A stretch of DNA of 64,000 nucleotides from an uncultured Candidatus Saccharibacteria bacterium (GCA_964593885.1 CAZQKK010000002.1:286990-350989); one strand, 5' to 3'. Positions 1-9,234 are shown, counted from the stretch's first letter. The notes: generated from the sequence alone by a model not told the origin. A program made the numbers and translations.

Positions 1-365
1 AGCTCGAGTGCCTTCTTGAGTACAAACTTGGTCTGTGGCATTGGGCCTTCTTGGGCATCTACCACGAGGATTACCCCGTTTGCCATGGAGAGGGTACGCT
101 CTACCTCGCCACCAAAGTCGGCGTGTCCAGGGGTATCAACGATGTTGATTTTGACGCCGTTGTAGGTAACCGCAGTGGTCTTTGCAAGAATGGTGATACC
201 ACGCTCGCGCTCTTGGTCGTTTGAGTCCATGATGAGCTCTTGGCTCATAGCAGCCTCATTCTCACGGAAGGTTTTTGCCTGCTTCAAGAGACCGTCTACC
301 AAGGTGGTTTTACCGTGGTCTACGTGAGCGATAATGGCGACGTTGCGAATGACTTGCTGTGGCAT
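1..365 (-). CDS. typA: TypA/BipA translational GTPase, N-terminal fragment (runs off window start)
   Basis: Reverse-strand translation from 365: [29 protein letters not shown]...[11 protein letters not shown]...[14 protein letters not shown]. The GTPase G1/G2/G3 motifs and TypA-type N-terminus are present. It is not in the ORF track because it is cut by the window edge. Confidence 0.8.
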   Translation of the reverse strand, partial: MPQQVIRNVAIIAHVDHGKTTLVDGLLKQAKTFRENEAAMSQELIMDSNDQERERGITILAKTTAVTYNGVKINIVDTPGHADFGGEVERTLSMANGVILVVDAQEGPMPQTKFVLKKALE

Positions 366-429
366 ACAAAAAAATAGGTGCGGATATAACCGTGTATCCC
401 TGGGAGTATAGCGGAAGCTAACAAAAAAA

Positions 430-456
430 GCCACCCATATAGGGTGACTTTGAAAC
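430..456 (-). terminator. Rho-independent terminator for the 94-aa gene
   Basis: On the - strand: AGUCACCC-UAUAU-GGGUGGCU 8-bp stem followed by UUUUUUUG, immediately 3' of the ORF ending at 458. Confidence 0.55.
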
Positions 457-457
457 G

Positions 458-742
458 TTAGGCGATGTACTTGCGCAGAACCAAGGCAACTGCGTCAAAG
501 GCGGCCTGATCCGGGATACCCGTTTCAATCCGCTCTTCAAGCCATCCCTTGGAGTGTCCATAACGCTCCATCCAGCTCAACACCGCCATAGTCACTTCGG
601 CGTAATCGATGGCCGTATCCTCACCGATTGCAGATTTGACCAATGTTTCCAACTCGTTAAGTTGGTTCTTCTCTTCTTCACTCATCTTCTCAAGTCCTGC
701 TTCTCTGACAGGTTGGGAGGATACTACCAGGAAAACCGGCAC
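458..742 (-). CDS. hypothetical small acidic protein (94 aa)
   Basis: ORF with a terminator downstream; no recognisable motif. Confidence 0.4.
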   Translation of the reverse strand: MPVFLVVSSQPVREAGLEKMSEEEKNQLNELETLVKSAIGEDTAIDYAEVTMAVLSWMERYGHSKGWLEERIETGIPDQAAFDAVALVLRKYIA

Positions 743-764
743 TTGTCCAGGTTGAAGATGCCGC

Positions 765-1493
765 TTAGAGCAACCCCGCTACTACCGCAAACCTCCCCTC
801 AGGCTCTCCAGTTGCTTCGCTCCGGCGGTGGGAGAAGTACTTGCCTGCGTACGTATCCTCGGGGTAACCAGGTACCACCACTCCGGTACTGGTTAGCTGG
901 TCGAGGGCAGCCTGAATCCAGTCAACCTTCCACGGCCTTTCACTATCGCCACTTGGAAAGGTGTAGCGAGGCCAGAAATCTGCGGTAAACCTCGTTTTGA
1001 GGAAGTGATCGTCGTAGGTTGCCTGGTGGGTATCCCGTGCCGGCGAGAGCCACACCTCTAAGTCAGCCGGGTTTGAACCAAACTCGCTCACCATCGCCCC
1101 AATGAGCTTATGTGGCACACCAAGATTCACGCCAGGATGACCGGCGTGTGCTAGTCCAACAGATTTGGTAACCCGGTCAAATACAGCAATAGCAAGGCAG
1201 TCGGCAACCACCATCATCAGACGGGATCCAGAAAGGTTGCTAACGAGAATATCGGCATCGGGGAGCGAATCGTCAAAGCTGAGCATCCCCCACCCTAAGT
1301 CTTCAGGTCCAACCACCCTCACGGTATCGCCGTGTACCAGCGATGCGAGGGCTACGTCACTAGGCGAAACGCCAATAGACTTGAGCCACGTACTGCGGTT
1401 GCCCAGCACCTCACCTGCTTCGCCCCAACGCCACGCCATGTTGCCATCACTGAGGTTACTACACCTGAAAATTACCTCTGGCTGGAGGGTCAT
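765..1493 (-). CDS. YfiH/PgeF family (Cu-oxidase_4 / laccase-domain; purine nucleoside phosphorylase / peptidoglycan editing factor)
   Basis: VVADCLAIAVFD and AHAGHPGVNLGV match the family's V-ADC-P and HAGWRG-like motifs; 242 aa. Confidence 0.7.
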   Translation of the reverse strand: MTLQPEVIFRCSNLSDGNMAWRWGEAGEVLGNRSTWLKSIGVSPSDVALASLVHGDTVRVVGPEDLGWGMLSFDDSLPDADILVSNLSGSRLMMVVADCLAIAVFDRVTKSVGLAHAGHPGVNLGVPHKLIGAMVSEFGSNPADLEVWLSPARDTHQATYDDHFLKTRFTADFWPRYTFPSGDSERPWKVDWIQAALDQLTSTGVVVPGYPEDTYAGKYFSHRRSEATGEPEGRFAVVAGLL

Positions 1494-1495
1494 TC

Positions 1496-2374
1496 CTAGC
1501 GTCTGATCATCGCCTTGTGGGCGAGCTTCTTCTCCATTGCCTCGCCGAGGAGGTCTTTGTACTCCATCTCGTTCGGTGAGAGTTTCAGAGCTTTCTTGAA
1601 AGAAGATTCAGCCTTTGCGTACTGACGCATGGCCATGTACGCCTTACCCAGGTTTGCGTGACGGTTGGCGTTCAATTCATCCTGGCGAACCGCCATCTCA
1701 AACTGCCTGATGGCATCGGCGTACCTATCCTGGTGGTAGAGCACTAATCCCAGGTTGTTGAGGATGTAGCCGTTATCGGCATCAGTTTTGAGGGCTTGCC
1801 TGAAGGCTTCTTCGGCATCCTGCCAGTCTTCCCCGTTTTCCAGGTAGATAACCCCAAGCCTACTGTATGCCTTACTGCAACGAGGATCCTTTGATGCAGC
1901 CTGGAGGTACTTCTGCTCCGCAGCCTTAAGCTCTCCCTTCCTGAAGAAGATATCTGCCTCGTTGAGGAGCTCTTGCACCTCTGGGGAGTACTTCACCTCT
2001 GGTTCAGGCGCTGGAGCTACGGGAGCTGGCTGCTTACCTCGCGCTTGTGGAAGCATGTCATCAACTACATCCTCGTGGATAACCTGCACATCAGGGTCAA
2101 ATGAGGGTTTGCTACTTCCCATGGTCAGTCCCCAGGTTCTGTCTACACGTTTGGTTTGGGGAGCTGTCTTTCGCTCTGGTAAGCGCGGGCGCATGAAAGA
2201 AGGAAGCTTCTTGGTCTTTTTTGCCTCAGCACCCATCTGATTTGGGATGCTCTTTGGTGTATTGCGGGCATCGATGAGCTTTTGGAGGGCCGGGAAACGC
2301 TTGAGGACACCCTGCCAGTCAATGAGGAGGAGTACGAGGAGAACCGCGAGGAGAATGATGATCCAGGTAATCAT
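1496..2374 (-). CDS. TPR-repeat protein with N-terminal transmembrane anchor
   Basis: N-terminal hydrophobic helix IILLAVLLVLLLI; C-terminal half made of tandem 34-residue A/Y/L-rich TPR-like repeats; start overlaps the stop of the upstream gene. Confidence 0.6.
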   Translation of the reverse strand: MITWIIILLAVLLVLLLIDWQGVLKRFPALQKLIDARNTPKSIPNQMGAEAKKTKKLPSFMRPRLPERKTAPQTKRVDRTWGLTMGSSKPSFDPDVQVIHEDVVDDMLPQARGKQPAPVAPAPEPEVKYSPEVQELLNEADIFFRKGELKAAEQKYLQAASKDPRCSKAYSRLGVIYLENGEDWQDAEEAFRQALKTDADNGYILNNLGLVLYHQDRYADAIRQFEMAVRQDELNANRHANLGKAYMAMRQYAKAESSFKKALKLSPNEMEYKDLLGEAMEKKLAHKAMIRR

Positions 2375-2922
2375 ATGGTTGTGGAAGACTGGTATGCCTC
2401 CAGGACTTCGTCCTGGTTGACGGTGTTGTGGTTGAGAGGCTGGAGGTAGAGGAGACGCTTTACCGCTCTGCGATCAGCCTTACTCTCTACTGTATAGGAA
2501 GTGAGGAGCTCCTGCCAGCGTCTGAAAAAGGTACGCTCACCAGGTTTAGCTTCGGTGGATGGTCCCTCGGCCGCCCTCACTTCTCGCACCCGTGACCTGA
2601 CGGTGGGCAGCAACCTCCCCGATTCACTGAGGAGGAGCACCGATAGTTGATCTGGTGGCTCTTCTAAGAGTTTGAGGAGCGAATTTGAAACCTCAGCCCT
2701 GAATTGGTCGGCAAACCCCAAGATCACCAGTTTCTTGCCTGCAACAGGGGTTTGCGAGGTGAAAGTGTGCACCTTCTTTACCTCAGCCATGGTTGGAATG
2801 TCTGCAATGAGCGACATGAAGTCTGCTGCATGGTATGTGGCGGCGAGATCACTGGTAAAAGACTGCCAATTTTCTTGGGGAAGTGTGGCGTGTCCGCTTG
2901 CTGGGAGGGTCTCTGACTGCAT
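2371..2922 (-). CDS. DNA polymerase III delta'-like subunit (HolB-like), short form
   Basis: KKLVILGFADQFRAEVSNSLLKLLEEPP....LPTVRSR matches the clamp-loader delta' box (NALLKTLEEPP ... TIRSRC). The N-terminal ATP-binding region is not recognisable. Confidence 0.55.
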   Translation of the reverse strand: MQSETLPASGHATLPQENWQSFTSDLAATYHAADFMSLIADIPTMAEVKKVHTFTSQTPVAGKKLVILGFADQFRAEVSNSLLKLLEEPPDQLSVLLLSESGRLLPTVRSRVREVRAAEGPSTEAKPGERTFFRRWQELLTSYTVESKADRRAVKRLLYLQPLNHNTVNQDEVLEAYQSSTTI

Positions 2923-2976
2923 ACCCGTATGCTAGCGTACTTGTTGGCAGGATGCCATGCGTGGTATGAAAGGGGT

Positions 2977-3375
2977 ATGGAAACTTCTTCTCCGACACCT
3001 CCTCAGAACCTTGGTACTCCGCCAAGCTTCCAAGATGTCACCCTCTACGACCAAGAAACGGGCGAGCCCTTCACCTTTACCGCCAAAGAACAGGAGTTCT
3101 TCTGGAAACAGGGTTTCACCCACGTCCCCAAGTACAGCCCAGAGCGAAGGAAAGAGAAACGCGAGCAGCGCTACGCTGGAAAACCAGTATTCAACGTGAA
3201 GTGCTCAGTTTGTGGAAAAGTTGGTAAGATTGTCCAAGAACCCCTCCACCCAAAACGCATCCTCTGCGAGACCTGTTTCACGTCAAAGTGGGAGACGTAT
3301 TTAGAAAAGCACCCGGAAATCCGGGCGCTTCACGAGGCAGCAGAACTAGAGGTATCTACGCCTGAACAACAGTAA
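2977..3375 (+). CDS. zinc-ribbon protein (zf-trcl-like: EQEFFWKQGF ... CxxC-x17-CxxC)
   Basis: ATG at 2977 preceded by AAAGGGG; motif TAKEQEFFWKQGF plus two CxxC pairs. The ORF-track start at 2929 lacks an RBS. Confidence 0.45.
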   Translation: METSSPTPPQNLGTPPSFQDVTLYDQETGEPFTFTAKEQEFFWKQGFTHVPKYSPERRKEKREQRYAGKPVFNVKCSVCGKVGKIVQEPLHPKRILCETCFTSKWETYLEKHPEIRALHEAAELEVSTPEQQ

Positions 3376-3556
3376 CTGCCATTGCTTCAGCCATGAGGCG
3401 CTCTTGGCGCTTGATGGTACGGATAGCACGGGTAGAAACCTTGAGTCCTCGAAACTTCTGGATGTTTGGTTTAACCATCCGACGAGTCTTGTGGAGAGAC
3501 TTTGGTTTGTTGTTGATAGCGGTTGGGCGTTTGCCCGTGAGCATGCAGGTAGCCAT
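3356..3556 (-). CDS. rpmB: 50S ribosomal protein L28
   Basis: MATCMLTGKRPTAINNKPKSLHKTRRMVKPNIQKFRGLKVSTRAIRTIKRQ matches the L28 N-terminal consensus (CxxTGKRP..N..SH....RR..PNLQ). Confidence 0.85.
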   Translation of the reverse strand: MATCMLTGKRPTAINNKPKSLHKTRRMVKPNIQKFRGLKVSTRAIRTIKRQERLMAEAMAVTVVQA

Positions 3557-3639
3557 GGAAGGTGGGGTGTGCTAATCTTGCGGTAGTCTTTTGAGAGATT
3601 ACCAGATTAATAGAATACGGTCAACCACCCCCTCCCACC

Positions 3640-4284
3640 ATGCGCATCCTTGAACTTGCAGCTCAATCCCCCGCACTCGCTATTGCTTTCCTCCTCTCAA
3701 TCATCCTAGCTATTACCGTGCACGAGTTCTCTCACGCCTGGATGGCTGACAGATTGGGCGATGATACGCCAAGCTCCCAAGGCAGGGTTACCCTCAACCC
3801 CCTCGCCCACCTCGATCCGTTAGGTTCCCTCCTCTTCGTTATTTCTGGTTTTGGCTGGGGAAAACCGGTCATCTATGACCCTCGCAACCTGAGGGGGAGA
3901 GCTGACGAGCTCAAGGTTGCCCTTGCGGGCCCCGCAAGCAACCTCATTCTCGCCCTAGTCTTCAAGCTCATCTTGGTAGCCCAGGTTGCAGCAGGTGTCA
4001 CTGTTATCACCCCCATTTTCCTAGGGGTACTCATCACCATCAACCTGTACCTGGCGGCCTTCAACATGCTCCCCATTCCTCCACTGGATGGCTCAAGCGT
4101 TGTCGCCTACTTCTGGCCAGAGTACCGAAGTCTCGTGGGTGGGCAAGTTGGCTTCATCATCCTCATTGCCCTCGTGTTCCTGAGACTCCCAGGCGGAAGT
4201 CTGCTTTCAGTAGTGGTTACACCTATTCTCACCAGCTTTGACCATCTCACTAGCCTCTTCGGGCTCCTCCCCTTCCTCCTCTAG
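3640..4284 (+). CDS. site-2 protease family (peptidase M50) membrane metalloprotease
   Basis: HEFSHAW (HExxH) in a TM helix, LNPLAHLDPLG motif, multiple TM segments. Confidence 0.75.
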   Translation: MRILELAAQSPALAIAFLLSIILAITVHEFSHAWMADRLGDDTPSSQGRVTLNPLAHLDPLGSLLFVISGFGWGKPVIYDPRNLRGRADELKVALAGPASNLILALVFKLILVAQVAAGVTVITPIFLGVLITINLYLAAFNMLPIPPLDGSSVVAYFWPEYRSLVGGQVGFIILIALVFLRLPGGSLLSVVVTPILTSFDHLTSLFGLLPFLL

Positions 4285-4769
4285 TGTGAAGCTTCTTGCG
4301 CTTCGTGGATTCGCCTGATCTTATTGGCGAGAGCAACGAGGGCAGCATCATCAGCCCTCTCGTAGTCATGTGATGATAGGTAGCCAGGGTAGGTGGTGTA
4401 GTACTCGTTCACCTCGCTCTCAATTGCCTTCCAAGCCCCCATATCTGATGTGCCATGCATGGGGAAGAGTTTTGCGTGCACGTGGTCTACCCCAAAGCCT
4501 TCAAAGATGAGACCGGTTCTCCCCACGGTTTCAAGGGCGGTATCGAGGAGTTTCCCTACCTTCTTGGCGGCAAGGGTAAGGTTTGCCAGTACCTCATCTG
4601 GCAGGTCAAAGGCGTAGCTTCCGAAGTGGTCCTTAGGAATAACCACAGTTACCCCTTCGGTGTTTGGGAAAATGCTGAGGAACGCCATGAAGCTATCGTT
4701 CTCCCAGATTACGTGGGCGGGCGAAGTTCCCTGGGAAATTTGGCAGAAGATACAATTTTCTTGGTGCAT
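4281..4769 (-). CDS. HIT-family (histidine triad) hydrolase
   Basis: N-terminal CIFCQI and the histidine triad GVDHVHAKLFP. Confidence 0.75.
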   Translation of the reverse strand: MHQENCIFCQISQGTSPAHVIWENDSFMAFLSIFPNTEGVTVVIPKDHFGSYAFDLPDEVLANLTLAAKKVGKLLDTALETVGRTGLIFEGFGVDHVHAKLFPMHGTSDMGAWKAIESEVNEYYTTYPGYLSSHDYERADDAALVALANKIRRIHEAQEASH

Positions 4770-4796
4770 ACATGTAGTCTACCAGGAGAGACGTAC

Positions 4797-4825
4797 TTGA
4801 CAAATGGGGGGATTTATGGTAGAGT
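4797..4825 (+). promoter_or_regulatory. sigma70-like promoter (TTGACA-17-TAGAGT) for the 4887 gene
   Basis: TTGACA at 4797, 17-nt spacer, TAGAGT at 4820, in the divergent intergenic region with the HIT gene. Confidence 0.45.
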
Positions 4826-4886
4826 GCTGCGTTACCGAAAGAAGCGACCCTACGGGAGAGCTACTTGCGGAGGAACTGAACAACTC

Positions 4887-5735
4887 ATGAAGACAAACCC
4901 TTTCGCAGCAGCGTGTTTTGCCAATTGCACCATCCCGTTTGGGATGGTCACAGTCAGAGACCTTGGTGGCCTCTCCCACCTGCTGGGGGTGCCAGTAGAC
5001 CTTACCACCGGTGAGGTGGAAACTGAGAGCATCGAGGATGCCAACTCCTGTCACATCCACGATGTGAGCAAACTGACCTCAAAAGGAGAGCTCCCCGGCT
5101 TTTCAGCCGAGTTCATCAAGCAGTGGGCCGCGAGCCCAATGCGCGAGTCCTGGAAAGGCCAGGTGAAGGACACCGGCCGCCAGGTCGCTCACGGCCTAAT
5201 GACCCTGGGTGCGCTCCGCCCGGTTCTCCGTCTGTTCCACAGTGGAACGGTGAAGAATCAGAAGGGTGGAAATAGCAACCAAACGGTTGCCACCCTCTTT
5301 AGAGGGAAGCGCCCAGACGATCCTGCCGCGACGAAAGTCGCAGGGAGGTTGAAGTACCTCCTTGGCGAAAACCGAGGCACAAAGGATAGGGCGAAAGCCC
5401 TGCCGGATGAGACCCTCCTTGAGATCTACGTCTGGCTAAACCCGGACGACTCAGGTTGGCTACGTGCCAACTTCGTCATCAAATCGTGGCACATGTCCGG
5501 CGAAGAGCCCGAGGGCATCGGCTACCTCACCCATAACGGAAAACCTTTGGAGTTCAGCCTCCAGGTCATCCAGGAGGAGGAATCCGGCGCCTCGCATGAA
5601 GTATTGACCTTGGAGCCCGAGTGGCTCCTGGAAAAGGTTGGCGACATGCTTCGGCAGGTCGACCAAGAACTTCAACAAGCCGCTTCCACCCCTGAGCCCA
5701 CCAACGACAACCCAACCTTCGCCGGCCGCGCCTAA
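4887..5735 (+). CDS. hypothetical protein (282 aa)
   Basis: ATG at 4887 with GGAGG 12 nt upstream. The ORF-track extension back to 4455 is antisense to the HIT gene and is discarded. Own promoter and tandem terminators. Confidence 0.45.
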   Translation: MKTNPFAAACFANCTIPFGMVTVRDLGGLSHLLGVPVDLTTGEVETESIEDANSCHIHDVSKLTSKGELPGFSAEFIKQWAASPMRESWKGQVKDTGRQVAHGLMTLGALRPVLRLFHSGTVKNQKGGNSNQTVATLFRGKRPDDPAATKVAGRLKYLLGENRGTKDRAKALPDETLLEIYVWLNPDDSGWLRANFVIKSWHMSGEEPEGIGYLTHNGKPLEFSLQVIQEEESGASHEVLTLEPEWLLEKVGDMLRQVDQELQQAASTPEPTNDNPTFAGRA

Positions 5736-5758
5736 CCGCGCACCGGCCCCGTCCGTCA

Positions 5759-5790
5759 AGCCGCTACCCCACCATAGGTAGCGGCTTTTC
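5759..5790 (+). terminator. Rho-independent terminator (first of two in tandem)
   Basis: AGCCGCUACC-loop-GGUAGCGGCU followed by UUUUC. Confidence 0.6.
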
Positions 5791-5803
5791 ACTATCCCAA
5801 GCA

Positions 5804-5831
5804 AGTCGCCCCACCCGCGGGCGACTTTTTC
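5804..5831 (+). terminator. Rho-independent terminator (second of tandem)
   Basis: GUCGCCC-CACCCGC-GGGCGAC followed by UUUUUC; a TATACT -10-like element follows immediately, just before truD. Confidence 0.6.
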
Positions 5832-5853
5832 ATTTCCCCGCTATACTAACAAC

Positions 5854-7260
5854 ATGCAGGAATTCTCCTACCACCTCCGCGCCGCTGACGAGGCAAAGCT
5901 TCGTGAACTCAGTGAAACCAACCCTGAGCTCCTCAAGCCCGCTCGCGAAATGGACTTCTCACCAGAAGTGAGTGAGCTCGTTGGGATTACCCACATCCCC
6001 CAAACTGCCGGCAGCGCCCACATTAAACTCCTCTTCGAAGACTTCATCGTTGAGGAAATCACCGAAACAGGCGAGCTCTGTACCATCGCCCCATCCACAG
6101 GCTACCAAGCCCACCCGTACAACCCAGAGAATCAGAAGGTAGAGGCAACTATTGTGAAGAAAGGGATGAACGGCTTTGAGCTTTCAGAGCGTCTCGCGGA
6201 AGCCCTCAACGTTCCCCTCAAGTTCATCACCTACGGCGGACTCAAAGATGGGAGGGGAGTAACCTCGCAGCGCTACAGCTTCAACGGCATTCCCCCAGAG
6301 ATGCTTGCTGGCGTAAGAATTCCCAATACGTTCATTAAAGACATCCACCCACGCACCGGTATGCGAAACACCGGCGAGCTGCGGGGGAATCGGTTCACCC
6401 TCACCGTCAGAACATCGCCCGATACCAACCCCTACCTCTTCCACGCGAGGCTCCAAGACACTGCGCGAAACGGCTTTCTCAACTTTTTCTCACTCCAGCG
6501 GTTTGGGAGTAGGCTCAGCGCCCACCACCTCGGGCGTCTCATACTCCAACAACGTTACGACGAAGCTGTCAAAACCTTCCTCACCGAAACCTCTGATTTT
6601 GAAACGGGCCTCCTCACCTCGTACCGCAAACGTGCAGGTGAATCCTGGGGAAACTGGAGCGAAATGGCAGAAGCCTTCTCCCCGCTCCCCTACTTCTTCC
6701 AAAAAGAGCTTTCCATTCTCAAAGCCCTCGCTGATGGAGCAACACCAGTAGCTGCCCTCGCAAGCATCCCCCAGCAGGTGAAGATGTGGGTGGCTGCCTA
6801 CGAGAGCTACGCTTTCAACCTCCTCCTTTCAAGTAAGGCTAAGCAAGGTAACGTGCCAGAGAAGCTACCACAGCTCCACCCAGACTTTGAGGTGAAGCAG
6901 CTCTACAGCCAGGTACTTCCAGAGGCTGACCTTGCAAGTTTCAAGTACTACCACCCACAGCTCCTCTTCCTAGGAGGGGCGAAGCGACGCGAAACCTCAA
7001 CCTACTCCTTCCCTATCATCCACGCCTGTGAGAGGATACCTGCTGGCTACCTCCTACGCTTCGAGCTTGGCAAAGGTGCCTACGCCACCAACTTCCTCAC
7101 CAACCTCGTTTCACTCACCCAGGGGAGGTTTGCCCCAGATTGGGTGATGCCAGACCACGTTGATGCCACCGCTCAGATGGATGGCTTTGCAGTGAGTAAT
7201 ACCCTTGCCTCACTCACCCCTCAACAGGGCGAAAGTACCCTAGAAGACACCGAGGTTTGA
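5854..7260 (+). CDS. truD: tRNA pseudouridine(13) synthase TruD, long form with insertions
   Basis: FEDFIVEE (cf. PEDFVVVE), YGGLKDGRGVTSQ (cf. AGQKDKHAVTEQ) and NFFSLQRFG (cf. NYFGAQRFG). Confidence 0.75.
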   Translation: MQEFSYHLRAADEAKLRELSETNPELLKPAREMDFSPEVSELVGITHIPQTAGSAHIKLLFEDFIVEEITETGELCTIAPSTGYQAHPYNPENQKVEATIVKKGMNGFELSERLAEALNVPLKFITYGGLKDGRGVTSQRYSFNGIPPEMLAGVRIPNTFIKDIHPRTGMRNTGELRGNRFTLTVRTSPDTNPYLFHARLQDTARNGFLNFFSLQRFGSRLSAHHLGRLILQQRYDEAVKTFLTETSDFETGLLTSYRKRAGESWGNWSEMAEAFSPLPYFFQKELSILKALADGATPVAALASIPQQVKMWVAAYESYAFNLLLSSKAKQGNVPEKLPQLHPDFEVKQLYSQVLPEADLASFKYYHPQLLFLGGAKRRETSTYSFPIIHACERIPAGYLLRFELGKGAYATNFLTNLVSLTQGRFAPDWVMPDHVDATAQMDGFAVSNTLASLTPQQGESTLEDTEV

Positions 7261-7324
7261 CCAAGTCTTTCGGGGATTATAGCTACTAGTTTTTTTACTC
7301 AAATATTGCTAGCGTCGTTGTGAG

Positions 7325-8134
7325 ATGCATATTTCACTCAGCGCAGAGCACCTTTCTTTTTTTGGTTTGCATATTACCAATGCAATCCTCACCACCTGGA
7401 TCGTAAGCCTGGTCATTCTTGGTTTGGCTGTCGTTTTGCGCCGCAACCTCTCACAGGTTCCTGGGAAGATGCAGAACGTCGTAGAGATGGTCTACCTCTA
7501 CTTCCTCGATAGTGCCACCTCGATTATTGGGAGGCGCGAGATTGCTATCCAGATCTTCCCTTTCGTTGCCACCCTCTTCTTCTTCATCACCTTCTCAAAC
7601 TGGAGCGGACTCCTGCCGGGTAACCACTCGCTGGGGATCATCCACGGCTTAGATGAAGCAGGACACCCAGAAATCATCTCGTTCCTGAGGCCGCCATCCA
7701 CAGATCTCAACCTGGTAGCTGCCATGGCCATCTGTGCCGTTGGCTACGTTCAGTACATTGGCATGAAGTTCCTGGGAGCAAAGCACTACCTCGGAAAGTT
7801 CTTCAACTTCAGTAGTCCGGTGATGTTCTTCGTTGGCTTCCTTGAGTTAGTTGCTGAGTTCACCAGGATCATCAGCTACACCTTCCGTCTCTTTGGAAAC
7901 ATCTTTGCCGGCAAAGTCTTGGTAACCGTTATCTTCTTCCTCACCCTTTCCCTCGTTCAGTACGTCCCCTTCATTCCCCTTCCCTTCTACATGCTCGAAA
8001 TGTTCGTAGGGGCAATCCAGGCTTTCGTCTTCTGTTTCCTCGTCATCGTACTTACCGCCGTCGCCGTGACCAGTCACGACGATCACGGTGAGCACGAGGC
8101 CACACCCGGTCTCGCACCAGCATCAAATCACTAA
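7325..8134 (+). CDS. atpB: ATP synthase Fo subunit a
   Basis: Polytopic membrane protein at the head of the atp operon with a conserved Arg-containing C-terminal helix region (FRLFGNIFAG). Confidence 0.85.
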   Translation: MHISLSAEHLSFFGLHITNAILTTWIVSLVILGLAVVLRRNLSQVPGKMQNVVEMVYLYFLDSATSIIGRREIAIQIFPFVATLFFFITFSNWSGLLPGNHSLGIIHGLDEAGHPEIISFLRPPSTDLNLVAAMAICAVGYVQYIGMKFLGAKHYLGKFFNFSSPVMFFVGFLELVAEFTRIISYTFRLFGNIFAGKVLVTVIFFLTLSLVQYVPFIPLPFYMLEMFVGAIQAFVFCFLVIVLTAVAVTSHDDHGEHEATPGLAPASNH

Positions 8135-8160
8135 GTAGTAACCGTAAAGGGAGAACCTAT

Positions 8161-8388
8161 ATGGAAGTAGAGTCAGTAAAGCTTTGGGCGATGATGGGAA
8201 CCATCGCAGTTGGAACAATCGCACCAGCCCTCGCTATGGGAATGATCGCCTCAAAAGGCCTAGATTCAATTGGTCGCAACCCTGAGACCGAGAACGCTAT
8301 CCGTACCACCATGGTACTTGGTATCGCCTTCGTAGAGTCTATCGCCATTTTTGCCCTGGTTGTCGCCCTCATCATCAAGTTCGTCTAA
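8161..8388 (+). CDS. atpE: ATP synthase Fo subunit c
   Basis: 75-aa two-helix hairpin with GLDSIGRNPE loop and a conserved carboxylate helix (AFVESIAIFALVVAL). Confidence 0.9.
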   Translation: MEVESVKLWAMMGTIAVGTIAPALAMGMIASKGLDSIGRNPETENAIRTTMVLGIAFVESIAIFALVVALIIKFV

Positions 8389-8407
8389 TCCAAGGAAGGC
8401 GCGTCAC

Positions 8408-8893
8408 ATGGAAGCACTCGGCTTTGACCTGAAGTATTTCCTCTACCAGCTGGCTAACTTTGTGGTGCTCCTCTTCATTTTGAAGAAGCTCCTCCACAAG
8501 CCACTCCTCAACCTCCTTGAGAAACGCCGAGAGGAAATTGAGTCAGGTCTCACCAACGCCGAGGCTGCCCGTAAGGCGCTGGAGCAAACAGAGGAAGACC
8601 AAAAAGCAATTCTTGAAAATGCTCGTAAAGAGGCGCGTGGCCTCATTGAGGTAACTAAAGAAGAGGCAAAGGCCCTCGAGCTCAAGCTCACCGAGGACGC
8701 TGCCGCTAAAGCCGAGAGCCTCATGGCTAACGCTCGCACCGAACTCCACCAGGAGAAGGAACAGCTCCGTGCCGAACTTCGCTCAGAGCTAGCCGAGCTT
8801 GTGGTAACTGCAACTGAGAAGGTAATGAACGAAGCCATCACCGACGCTGAGAAGCGCAAACAGGTTGATAAGCTGGTTAAGGAGGTCTCATGA
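8408..8893 (+). CDS. atpF: ATP synthase Fo subunit b
   Basis: ATG at 8408 behind AAGGAAGG; N-terminal TM helix then long charged coiled coil. The track start at 8351 overlaps atpE and lacks an RBS. Confidence 0.75.
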   Translation: MEALGFDLKYFLYQLANFVVLLFILKKLLHKPLLNLLEKRREEIESGLTNAEAARKALEQTEEDQKAILENARKEARGLIEVTKEEAKALELKLTEDAAAKAESLMANARTELHQEKEQLRAELRSELAELVVTATEKVMNEAITDAEKRKQVDKLVKEVS

Positions 8894-9234
8894 GCAAAGT
8901 AGCTACCCCTGAAGCCCTCGCCAAGAGCTTCATTGAGTACCTGCGCGAGGAAGACCTCTACCAGATGCTCCCAGAAATAACCCAGGAGCTAGCAGATGAG
9001 GTGCTGCGCAACCAAGACATCACGGTTATCTCAGCCACAACCCTCACCGAAGCACAGGAGAAAGACATTGCCAGGGAGCTCAAAGCCAAGTGGGGTGAAC
9101 ACCAGGTAGTGTTCAGCGCTGATCCTTCGCTCCTGTCTGGTATGCTCATTCACTTCCAGGACAACGTCATAGACCTTACCGGCAAGCAGAGCCTCAGAGA
9201 ACTCAAGCAAAACCTAGCAACATCAGATGAGTGA
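8890..9234 (+). CDS. atpH: ATP synthase delta (OSCP) subunit, unusually short (114 aa)
   Basis: Position between atpF and atpA; C-terminal OSCP-like segment only; ATGA overlap with atpF. Confidence 0.6.
   Translation: MSKVATPEALAKSFIEYLREEDLYQMLPEITQELADEVLRNQDITVISATTLTEAQEKDIARELKAKWGEHQVVFSADPSLLSGMLIHFQDNVIDLTGKQSLRELKQNLATSDE

Noticed and set aside
4455-4886. N-terminal 144 codons of track ORF 4455..5735
   Set aside because: They lie antisense to the well-supported HIT-family gene (4281..4769) and have no RBS. The internal ATG at 4887 has GGAGG and a promoter, so only 4887..5735 is kept.
8443-8859. 138-aa reverse-strand ORF inside atpF
   Set aside because: Antisense shadow ORF with S/A/R-rich low-complexity product.
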